From the NCBI GenBank assembly GCA_951406725.2, contig OX597824.1:71486001-71550000 (forward strand): DNA of 64,000 bases, given 5' to 3'. Of this stretch, positions 26,560 through 38,465 are shown one piece after another. The translations under genes and the position numbers were made by a program. Source of the stretch: Octopus vulgaris (taxonomy: Eukaryota). The stretch's first letter is position 1; each line of letters begins with the position of its first letter. Below the pieces are notes generated by a model. That model did no database searches. It was not told where the DNA came from and saw nothing but the letters and a program-made list of their open reading frames with translations.

Positions 26560-28418
26560 CAATGCTCCCGAATGGACAGAATGAATGAATTAAAGAACGA
26601 CATGTGTATGCTTTTCAATGTACTAAATGACATGTATGTGCTTATGTGTGTTTGTATATGTGCGTGCATCTTACATATAATGTTATGTTCGAGACAAGGA
26701 GGAGATTTGACTCTAAGTTGCTGAACCTACTGAAATCATAGCTGAATACTTTGTCTTTTAGATTCTTGCAACACCTAAAAGGATTAACATAGTGTGTGTA
26801 TGTGTGTGTGTACATATCGTGTTTGCTTATGTGCTTTTATTCATATGCCTATGTTTGTTAATGTTTGCATGTATGTGTGTGAGATTGTGTGTATGTATAT
26901 ATATATGGTGTTCCTTTCATCATGTTTTCAAACAAAAAAAGAAATTTAAATGCTGATTGACAAATGGGACACCTGATTTTTATGAGGTATTTTTAAAAAA
27001 AATTATGGTACCCCTATATTTTCCTTCTCAAAGTATTATGAAAACGCTGACTGCACTAAAGGATCTTCTATGAGCCATGGTCATTTGTTCTTCTAGAAGC
27101 ATCTACCTGATCTCCTTCAAATCATTCTCTATTATATATATATATTTTTTTTTTAAAAGGAAGAATTCATTAACTAATGTAGTCTTAGATACAATATGTC
27201 TGAAAAAACTGTGTTACTGTCATAGAAACAGTGTCATTCATTCCCAATATTTTGTGAAAACATGTCTGGCCATGGAAAAATATTGCCTTGCTTGGTAACA
27301 TGTGAGGGTTGGCAACAGGACAGGCTTTTGGCCATTGAAAAATCCGCCTCAATGAATTCTGTCTAATCCAGGCAAACATGGAAAAGTGGTTGTTCTGATG
27401 ATGATGACTAACAAAATTGTGATGAAGGTGAAAGTATCAAATAATATGATGACGAATACATCAATAATGGATGCAAGCATCAAATGCTGATTTGCTGGTG
27501 ATTACAGTGATGTTAGTAATAGAGAGGTTATGAGGAATGGGTGATGACGAATGCTACCAAAGTAACCTAAGTAGAAACTACGCAGGTAACTGACCAATTG
27601 CTATTGATTGTGTGTGTGTGTGTGTGTGACATGGGTGTGACTTAAAAAGTTTATTTTGCAGCTATGTGGTTCTATCATTTATTCCACTTCATATGACCTT
27701 GGGCAAATATCGTATATCATAACCTTTAGAATGACCAATGATATTGAGTGAAATTTGATGGAAACTGTGTAGAAGCCCATTATATGTGTGGTTGAGTATG
27801 TATGAGTTTGTGTGTATTAGTGTCAATACTAGTATTTACATTCATGAAAGGCTCATAACTTCCTAATGGGATGTAACTCACATGAACTTAGCCAGTTAAT
27901 AAAATGAGTACTGGGGTTAATATTGTCTAAAACTCTTGAAGGAAATGTCCAAGCACAATCACAATGCAATGACTGAAACCAGTAAAATGAATTTTAAAAA
28001 AAATATATATTTGGGCAAAGCTATTTTTTAATGGCGGTGCCCCAGCATGGCCACAGCTCATGAGCTGAAACTGGAAAAATCAAATCAAAAAATCAAATGC
28101 ATAGGCGCAGGCATGGCTGTGTAATAAGAAGCTTGCTTCCCAACCACATGGTTCCGGGTTCAGTCCCACTGTATGACACCTTGGGCAAGTGTCTTTTACT
28201 ATAGCCTCGAGCCGACCAAAGCCTTGTGAGTGGATTTGGTAGATGGAAACTGAAAGAACCCCGTCATATATATATATGTTTGTGTGTTTGTGTTTGTCCA
28301 CCCACCATCGCTTGACAACCGATGGTGTTTATATCCCCGTAACTTAGTGGTTTGGCAAAAGAGACCAATAGAATAAGTACCAGGCTTACAAAGAATAGGT
28401 CCAGAAGTCAATTTCTTT

Positions 28419-28620
28419 CAGTTATATATTTAAGAGATGAGGAATTATGTACATTATTTACATTTGACGGATATTTGTCCTCATCTTGTATGTTGTTACA
28501 CAACATTTCGGCTGATATACACCCCAGCCTTCATCAGGTGTTTTTGGAGAAATTTTGAACCTGGGTTCTCATTCCTAAGGCATTTTTCGATATTATTTTC
28601 GATGTTATTATCCACAGAGG
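28419..28620 (-). mobile_element. Probable Penelope-like element terminal fragment carrying a hammerhead-like motif
   Basis: The minus strand reads acac-CUGAUGA-a-ggcug...cagcc-GAAA-uguu-gugu. It abuts the truncated end of a family-A SINE. Confidence 0.55.
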
Positions 28621-30879
28621 GATGTTATTATCCAATTTTCCATACATGATCAGCTATACCTGATTTATCAATATGTCACAGCTTTGTGATGTTCCTCTAC
28701 TCCTATTTTGAGGAGGCGGCATGTTTTGCCTTTGTATAACCTACCACAGCTGCCAAAACACTAAGTTACAGGGATATAAGCACACCAACACCAGTTGTCA
28801 AGTGGTGCAGTGGAGGGGGGGACAAAACAGACTCAAAGACACACACATATATGATGGGCTTCATTCAGTTTCTGTCGACCAAATCTACTCACAAGGCTTT
28901 GGTCAGCCTGAGGCTCTGGTTGAAGACACTTGCCCAAGATGCCACGCAACAGGATTGAATCCAGGACCATGTGGTTGGGAAGCAAACTTCTTACCACACA
29001 GTCATACCTGCACTTATATATCTATACAAACACACACACAAACCAAAAATAATCCATGCAGTTCCATGTATCACACACACACACAAGTAAAACACCTTCC
29101 AGAAATAACAGTGAAATATCTCTGAAATCAAACCCTATCATCTTAAAAAGTGAAGCACACCTTGAGTAATGTCATCTTAGCAATATTGTCACTGAAAAAA
29201 AATACATGGTATAGTTCCAGTTAGAATGTCTTGGATTATAAAATTTCTTTAATAGAGACTGACCACCTGGTCACATGCCTAGGAGACTACTCAACAAGGA
29301 ACTTCTATGTGGTTCTCTCTCTGTTAGAAATAGCAGCCAAATCTCTCTTGAAACTACATTCTTTCACTTGTTTCAGTCATATGACTACGGCCATGCTAGA
29401 ACACTGCCTTGATGTGTTTTAGTTGAACAAACTGACCCCAGGACTTATTTTTTATAGCCTAGTACTTATTCCATTGGTGTCTTTTGACGAACTGTGAAGT
29501 TATGGGGATGTAAATACACTCTGGTTTTCAAGTGGGGTGACAGACACAAACACATGCACACATATGGATATATACATGCATACACACACACACACACACA
29601 CACCTCTTTCAGTTGCTGTCTACCAAATTTACTCACAAGGCTTTGGTCAGCTCAGGGCTATAGTAGAAGGCACATGCTCAAGGTGCCACGCAATGGGACT
29701 GAACCCAGAACCTTAAAAAAAAACAAGAAGCACATATTAGACTATGTAGTTTTAAATATATCATGGCAGGAAAAAAAACTGGATTGTCATGGTTGGAATG
29801 CTTTTGATCATTGGTCTGTCTGTTCTATCAAGGCTAACAACTAGCAGTTTACTGGTTTAAATAGAATCAAATTTATTTCTCTACAAAGTTATGATCTTCT
29901 GTTCATGCAGGCAAGAATTGTTACAAACTCCTGTACCTCGGGCACTTGACCTAACAGTTAGGGTTTTGGGCTCACAATCATTACGATTGTGGATTTGATT
30001 CTTGGATCAGGCAGTGTCATCCCCCACCCACTTCCCAATCTCTTGAACAAAACACTTCATTTCAGTCTTTGCTCTAGTCTGCTCAGCTGAAAATAATTAC
30101 TAGCTCTCACATCCCCAATGTTCTGTTGGGTCAAGGGTGGACGGTGGAGTGGATGTCTCTGTCCGCTTGTGATTATATTGACATCTAAAACAATTAGCAA
30201 AGGCATGGTACATACTATCAGGCCATTCTCACATGTGAGTGACAGCTATTTTTATTAAGGCAGTGAGCTGATGATAATTCAATTGATTGAACAAATGAAT
30301 TCCTAACAATCAAACCATAATCAATTTATTTACTTATTTACATCACCCTTTGTTACCATATTTCTATTGAAACTTTAAGTAGAATGACAAATTTAATGTA
30401 GTAATATTAAGTTGGTGTTTGGAACATATAATTAACGTGAAATTTTGATGAGTAGTTTTAATTTAGATCACTTAACCCCTTGTATCATATTTCTATGGAA
30501 AATACTTTGACTTTTTTTCAATAAATTCTGAAAATGATGAAGAATTTAGTAAAATAACTGTCATTATCAAACTAGTGTTAAGAATAAAAATTAACATGAA
30601 ATTTTCAGGGAAAATTTTCAGTTAATTTCCTTTAAAGCCAGGAATTTATATCAGAATACCAAGGGCAGTTTTCAGTGGGTTGGTATCGAATGGACTATTT
30701 ATAGTGAAGATTGTTTCATTGTATTGTCATTTCTTTTTTTATTTTTTTTACTTTCTTTGATTATGCTAATTAGAAGTTACTTTCAGTTTCACTTCAGAGT
30801 GTCATTTATACATGTTGTGTTAATTGTATTGAGAGGATTCTGTGTAGAATGTGTGTAGTGCTTAGTTGCGCTGTTTCAG

Positions 30880-30897
30880 GGGCCCATATGCAATGTT
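30880..30897 (+). CDS. Candidate alternative microexon GPICNV (18 nt)
   Basis: ttgcgctgtttcag|GGGCCCATATGCAATGTT|gtgaga. Phase 0, but the polypyrimidine tract is short and several AGs lie upstream. Confidence 0.3.
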
Positions 30898-31776
30898 GTG
30901 AGACTTGGCAGTGTTGTCATGTATTAATTCATGTTTTCGTCATTTTGTTTCTTTTCTTTTCTTTTTGTTTTGCTATTTTATTTATATTTATTTTTTTGAT
31001 AACCATACTCAGTGTGCCAACCAATAATTACAATTATTGTTGTTGGTATTCTCTGTATGCTCATTTCCAAAAATTTATTTTAATTTTGAGATCCTTATGT
31101 TATCATCCTTATAATCATCATTACTACTATTATTTTGAGTGGAGGAACCAATAGAATGTTATGTCTTACACTACAGACATCCTCTCTGTCATGGAAGTGT
31201 TGTGTTCCTAAAAATCTTGCTGTAATCTAGATGGAGTTCTATAATGTGAAACTCATATTCCCTGTTGACTTTCATATTCATTGACTGCTACATAACATTG
31301 GAAGTCAAAAGGAAACCTGGAATTCCATGTTTTGACAAAATTTTTAGGGACCCAACACTTCCATAATGTGGGTGGGACATCTATCTCTAGTTTTATCTTT
31401 TTACATTCTGATTGCACCAGGGTTGTTGCAGTAATCATCAGTGAGGTATAGTGGAGTTGATTTAATCAACTGCTTCCTTGCTCAAGGTGTACATAAGAAT
31501 AGAATATCTTAAGCTGTTTAATTTTGTCCCTCAGTAATATGAATTAAAATCCTGTTGACATTGAACTTAATGTGTATCCCCACTATACTTGATAAAAATG
31601 ACTACTAGCTGTGTACAGGACTTGATTCATTTGAATCAATCAACTTCTCACCTTCCACTCTTTTGACCAACAAATTTGTGGTCACCTTGTACAAATGTTA
31701 GAAATTATTATTATTATTATTGCTATTATTATTAACCCATGCTAGCATGGAAAGTGGACGTTAAACGATGATGATG

Positions 31777-31809
<33 letters not shown>

Positions 31810-32221
31810 TATGATAAGAATAATGCAGCAAGCTGGCAGAATCGTTAGTGTACCAGGCAAAAATGCTTAGCGGCATTTCATCAGTCTTTACATTCTGAGT
31901 TCAAATTCCACCGAGGGTGACTTTGGCTTTCATCGTTTTGGGGTCAAAAGGATGAAATAAGCACCAGCTGATCGCTGAGATCAATGTAATTAACTTACTC
32001 CCTCCCCAAAACTGATGGCCTTGTGCCAAAATTTGAAATCATTATTATTATTATTATTACTTTTTTTTTTTTATTATTCATAATAAATATTATTAGTAAT
32101 AATATTAATAATATATATATATATATTCTTCACCTTATTATTATGTTATTATCATTATTATTATTACTGTGCTATAGCCTTCTTGCTAATGATTAAGCTT
32201 TTTCATTTCCGGTGGATTCAG

Positions 32222-32239
32222 GATGGTCAAGAACCCACA
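32222..32239 (+). CDS. Candidate alternative microexon DGQEPT (18 nt)
   Basis: gctaat...tttttcatttcc...ttcag|GATGGTCAAGAACCCACA|gtaagt. Consensus donor, phase 0, downstream GCATG and T-rich tract. Confidence 0.5.
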
Positions 32240-32779
32240 GTAAGTTACATGTGGCATGTTTTTTGGTTTATTTATTTTTTTCCAACCCATTTCCAACCCT
32301 GACTTTTGTTTTTGTTTAATTTAATTTAAAAAAAAAAAAAAATTAAAATTTTTTGGAATTTTTTGCAAAAGTGTATTCATCCATCTAACTATTTGTTCAC
32401 TTGAAGACAGGCTAATTGAGTGGATAAAAATATAGACATAATAATAAACTTAGCCCTTTTTAATGGGGCTCCCTTCGTGGTTTGCTGTATCCATCCTACT
32501 GTTGTTCTCTAGGTGGGAAATTGTGTTGTGTCTGACTTTAGGGCAAGACAATTAATGCTAACTTGCCTTAATTAATACAGCTTCAGGACTAATTAAGAAT
32601 TTTTTTTTATTTTTGTTTTGTTCTGTGTTCTTTTTGTTTTGTTAATACATTTTGAACTGTTGAAGTAGAATAACAAAGCAAAAAAATTAATTAATCCTGT
32701 TTTTAATTGTTTTTTTAAATTTTATTTTCATTTATTTTATTTTATTAACTTCGTTATTTTTAATTGAGATACCTTTCAG

Positions 32780-32794
32780 TTTCTGTGGGCTAGT
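32780..32794 (+). CDS. Candidate alternative microexon FLWAS (15 nt)
   Basis: Long T-rich tract, ttattaac branch-like motif, acctttcag|TTTCTGTGGGCTAGT|gtatgt. Phase 0. Confidence 0.3.
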
Positions 32795-34079
32795 GTATGT
32801 GTATTGTGTGTGTGTTGTGTGTGTTTAATTAGGAATAAATAAAAAAATTTCTTTGCTTTTCAATAATTAATTATCTTGGAATAATCGGTGAATTAACATC
32901 TCATTAGAATTACTTAATTTTAGAGAAATGCAAATATACTTGCCGAAATCTAGATTTACATATATATACATGCATATATTTGTGCACATAGAGTAACTTT
33001 CAAACCTGTTACAACTTGACAAATGCTTCAGCATGAAACTCTAGGCCCATGAGTCACTGTTGTTGCCTCCCAAGCACTCTATATATTAAGTTCTATCAGG
33101 ATTAAACACTGAAATGCTAAAAATATTTAGCTAAATAGAAGCAGTATTAGTAACTCTAATAGTCAACCAGGCTGTTATTGTTGTTACTTTGTCCAAGTCA
33201 TAACTGAACAAATATATAGTCAAAAGTGTTTGAACCATGACAAGCCAGTTCTTGTCTCAGGCATTGTATATTTTAGGAACATTATCCAATGTAGCCTTCC
33301 CTTTTCAAGGATGTTGGATATAATTTGAGGAAAATTCAGTAGTTTATTCCAGCAGGTCAAATGACTGCAGAAACTCCTTTGGTAGTTCAGTATTTAACTC
33401 AATACAAGGTAATGTCCCTAATAACTGGTTTAGTTGTATCATTGTCATTTAAAATTGGAGTTAGAGGATGAAATAGAACTTCTCTTTGTCACAGAGGTTG
33501 CAGGACATTGACCCATTCTTAAATTACCATGCTTTATCTAATGCTATCCATCATATGCTGATCTCACATTTTCTCTTAATTTCCTAATCAAAGCTCTTTG
33601 AAATCAAATTACTTTGAAAGTACTGTGATGCTTTGCAGATGGTAATAATTTGAGGAGTTGATGTACTGATGCAGTTAACTCTTTGGGGAGTATTCTGTAA
33701 GTCCTGTGTAGCTTGTTGCTGTGTTGCTAGGTTAAGAAAGCTGGAATGAGTAATTTTGATGTTATCATGGGGAATTTTAGTTAGACCAAATTACCTGAGT
33801 TGGTAGGCTTGTTCATACTGTACAAAATGGAGAGCTGTTTTAATGGCTTTAACATAGGTCTTCAAAAGGGATGCTGAGCTCATGATCTGAATGAAGCAGT
33901 ATGAACAGGCACTTAACCGACTCTCCCAAGAGACAAATCACAATGTACAACAAATTTAGCCTGACAGTGACAATCGAAGTATACTTTATAATGTTAAACT
34001 TCCATGTTCAGTTTATTATGTCATTGCTTAACTGATCTCAGAATCATTTGAACCTTTCAAGAAACAAAATAACACCACA

Positions 34080-34335
34080 TTGTACATTCACTCACAAACT
34101 GATCACTGCCAAGTGTCCTCTACATGTTCCAATAAATCAGCTAAAAAGACTAAAGTATTCACCATCACCATCTAACCAGAAAGGGAAATGTTATACAACA
34201 TAATTCACTGTATTGGTGTAAAAACTGGCATTGTAATCGTGTCTACTCTAATTGGAAAAAAGTTATGAATTCCACCAGCTGTTCAACAAAGACAGAATTA
34301 AGGTGAGCTATAACTGCATGAAAAGCATGTCTAAT
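34080..34335 (+). mobile_element. Penelope-like retroelement coding relic (RT/GIY-YIG linker)
   Basis: LYIHSQTDH and YEFHQLFNKDRIKVSYNCMKSM resemble the PLE motifs YI...SNHP and LHKIFNRNTVKVSYSCMPN. Confidence 0.6.
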
Positions 34336-37300
34336 TAAGAGCTGATATACAAATGCCAAAACATAAGTTTTGCTACATACAAGGCACATGCCTAGAGATA
34401 AGTATTGGATACCAGAATGATGTCTCTAAAGCCAACACACCAACAAGCTATATATGGCATAAAGACACTTCTTTAAGCGCTAGTACAGTGGTTCATTTTG
34501 TCATCACTTCCTGGAAAACATCCCAGACTGTCTGCTAGAATGAATGAAACTGAAGTTTGAGTACATAATCTCAGAATGTACTGGGTGCATGTTATTATGG
34601 CACCAGCACTAAAGAAGCTGCTTTGTTCCAGGCATGACTAAATAATCCTCTTTGCTCAAAATTCTCTCTGATCATTTGAGGCAACATGACTGAACGAGTG
34701 ATTAGAGGAGTAAACCAGGGTTAGAGGGTGAAAATAAAGTAAAAATGTGAGTGAGAAGTGATGCAGAAGAGGGTAATGGAAGAGGAACAATGATAGGCAA
34801 CAAAAGATTGAATGGGAAGGAAAAAAAGCATGAGTGATTGTAGAGAATTGTGATGGAGTGAGACAACTTTGGTTGTAGAAAACAAAGATTCTACCAAAAT
34901 ACAGAAATCCATCAAGTTTTAGGAACAGTAAGCTGCAGATTCTCTGTGTAACTATTGGCAATTAACTGGCTGGTGTGGGGAGGACATATTTCCATTATAC
35001 ATAATGGAGCTATATAGTGGGTTGGGGCACTACAAAACATTGTAAACAAGCTGGCCATACATGGAAGAACTATGATTTACAAAGCACAAATCTGAAGCAT
35101 TTTGGAGTGCACAGTCTATGCTGAATAAGTGTCTCTTCCAGCATACTCAAACTTGTCTAGCCACTGCAGTCTAAAAGAATGCTCTGATGATTATTGCAGT
35201 TTGTGTGTGTGGCAGGGGGAGCAAAAAACTTGCTATCAACAGCACAGAAGATAGTTTGCTTCAACAAAAATTCTCTACAAAATACTCACAAGTCACAGCC
35301 TTTCAAAGTTCAGAGCAATGCTAGCATTGAGCCATTACATTCATGCCTGCACACACCTCTCTAGATCCATGTTCTGGATAGCTTTCTTTTTACCATCAAA
35401 TTGGTATATAATTGAAAGTACTGAACCATTGAAGTGCAGTATATTTATTCACTCAAAGTTGCTAATTCATTCTGACACTACTACAACTTTTTTTCAATGT
35501 GGTTGTGCCATGTGAAAAGCACTCTGCTGGGCAGTTGGTGTTAGGAAGGGCATCCAGCTGTATAAACTACCAAAATAGACACAGAAGTCTGATGCAGGCA
35601 CCTGCCTAGCCAACTCCTGTCAAACTGTCCAGCATGGAAAGCAGATGTTAAACGACAACGACGCACAAAAGTAAATCCCCAGCTTCAAATAAAAAAAAAT
35701 TCAAGTAGATGTACACCCATGGAAGGTTACTAATCTGACATCATCCAAAAAATACCTGAGGTTATTCAGTCCGATATGAAACTATTAGTAATGATATTAA
35801 TCTATAATCTAAACACATTTTAAAACTCTACTCTTGTTGTAGTAAGTACTCACAATACAAATACTCAGCAGAGTATTTGTATTGAGTATCGTGTTGTTAT
35901 TCATATAAATTCATTTATAAGTGTGTGTATGTGTGAGCGTGTATAGTAATGGTTGCAACTTGATTTCAAGTAAAGCCATCACTTGATTGTTCTCTTGTAT
36001 ATGAGCTGGGCGGATGTGGTGTTTCACTCTTGTCAAGGACTTACACTCCTTTGCACAAATGTAGCAATGATGGGTGCCTCTTGAAGTAGGTGTTACAGTA
36101 GTGTTTTGATGAAATTTCATATGACATTTCAGTCCCTTTCCGGATACATATTCTTTTCCACACTCCTTGCGAATAGAGATGCCTTAAAATACATAGTTAA
36201 TGATTCCATTGTGTGTGTTAATGCGTGTGTGCTCGCCTTCTCTAGTGACTTCTAAGGTCTGCCTTACTTCGACTTGACCACACTTCTTTCATGTTAAAAC
36301 AGGAGCATGTGCCAACATACTCAGGCAGATTCATATTGTGATCGCCCTTACAAACACCTCTCTTGAGCTTCTCATGCTCAATACAGTAATATAAATGGGC
36401 ACACATGTGCATGCATGCACACACACACACTTAGTTTAACAAAATTTCATTAATTGCTAGTTGCAATATCACTGGCAGGCATCTAAATGTGTTGTGTACC
36501 CATCCACAATTTGACAAGGGATATTTTGTATGTTAATAGCTGTATGTTTTAATTGCATTTATTTATTATTTGACTGTTTAATGTTATCTTCTTAGTTACA
36601 TGTTTACTAGATAGCTGAAGTTGTAATTGAAATATGCTGATTGTGCTGTGTCTGATAAGTGTGTGTTTTTAATTGGTTTGGTCATTATTGTTTCTGAAGG
36701 TTATTTTTTTACTTCTAATTTTTTTTTTTTTTTATAAACCAATCTTGGCTCATAGAACTGCTCTACTATACTGCTTTGATTCTTTGTGAGGTCATGCCCT
36801 ATCTTAATCTTTATATTGTGTGTATGATCGAAGTGTCTAAGCTATCTTGAGATTCAGTGGAGCTATTTAACATGGGTTCGTATGCATTTACATACAGTGT
36901 TCCTACTGTAACTCTGGTTGAGCTCAGATCAGGCAGACTTGTTTTTTTTGGGGGGGTTTTCCCAGATATATTCTGCCTCTGCTTAGTAGAGAACTATACT
37001 GCACACTCTGACATGGAGTGATGAATCATACACAGTGCAGTGATGTCAGTCTGGACATGTTGCATGCTTTCCTGTTGTCCATTGGATTTCTATATACCTG
37101 TAGATTCTGGTAACAGCTACAGTAAAGGAGCAAGGTGATCTCAGTTGCTCTTCAATTTTTACTGTTGGCCATGTAGTCAGTAAAAAGGCTTCTGTGTGAG
37201 TGCTCCCAAACTCCTAAAATTTTTAGCCATATTGTCTTTAAATTTTATAACAATACTTGTCTTAAAAATGGGTAAATATACTTATTGGATAAAGTAGTCT

Positions 37301-38434
37301 TGAATATAACGTACCAAAAAAAAAAACTGTATAGTCATGGGTTGAATGATGGTAAAATAACAGTAAGTTTGACATACAGAAACATATTCACATATAGTCA
37401 TATGATAAGGAGTTGGAGCAGCTGTATTGGTAATAATATATTATTAGCCTCTTGGCTTTAAGCCTTGTGAATTGACTCATATTACTGGCATCGTTCTGTG
37501 CTGTTGGTGTAAAATGACTGAGTGTGTGTGTGTATATTTATGCATACATATGTGTGTATAGATACATGTGTACACATTTGTGTGTGTGTTGATCATCATT
37601 TTACAAGCTCACATTGAAATTCTCTACAGATGTTTTGCTTTGTCTTGATGGTACAGCCAATTCTACATACTACGACTGTCAAAGACACATCAGGCATTTA
37701 TACATGCACAAGGTGATAAAAATGTGAGCGCATGCACACACACACGTTTGAGCATGCACACACCCTGAGAAGAAATGTTATAGCAGCAGAACCATGTTGG
37801 CTTACAATGTAGATGTTTCAAATTTTACTGTCAGCTGTTCATTATGAATCCTTATTAAAACAAGACACATTATTGTTTTGCTTAATCATTACAGTGAGGC
37901 AGACATAAAGAGGATGCTACTGTACTTTTCTTCAGAATTTTTTTTAACATTCTGGCAAGATTTTCAGGAATGACGTGAATGTTTTGATTTTAAGAAATAG
38001 GAACAAGCATGGTTTTGTGGTTAAGAAGTTTGCTTCCCATCCTTGTGGTTTCCGATGCATTGTGTGGCACTTTGAGCAAGTGCTTTCCACTTTATCCCTG
38101 AGCCGACCAAAGTCTTGTTAGTGGATTTTGTAGAAAGATGCTTGTTGTGTGTGTATGTGTGTGCTTGCGCACATGCACACCCATGCCCATCTTGACGTCA
38201 CGAGATGGTTGTGAATGTGTGTCACCATCATAATAACAATGCTGTTTGTGTCCAGTCTCCTGTGAAACACTTCTAGCCATTCTTGGAAACGGGTGAGGGT
38301 TGGCAACTGGAAACACATCTGGCCATAGAAAATCTACATCAACAAACCCATCTGACCTATGCAAGCATGGAAAAGGAGACATTCATAATGATGATGGTCT
38401 AGACTATGCTAGTACAGAAAAATAAATGTGAATG

Positions 38435-38465
<31 letters not shown>

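Noticed and set aside
32513-32542. 30-nt in-frame segment VGNCVVSDFR after ctctag
   Set aside because: Would require a weak GC donor (GG|GCAAGA).
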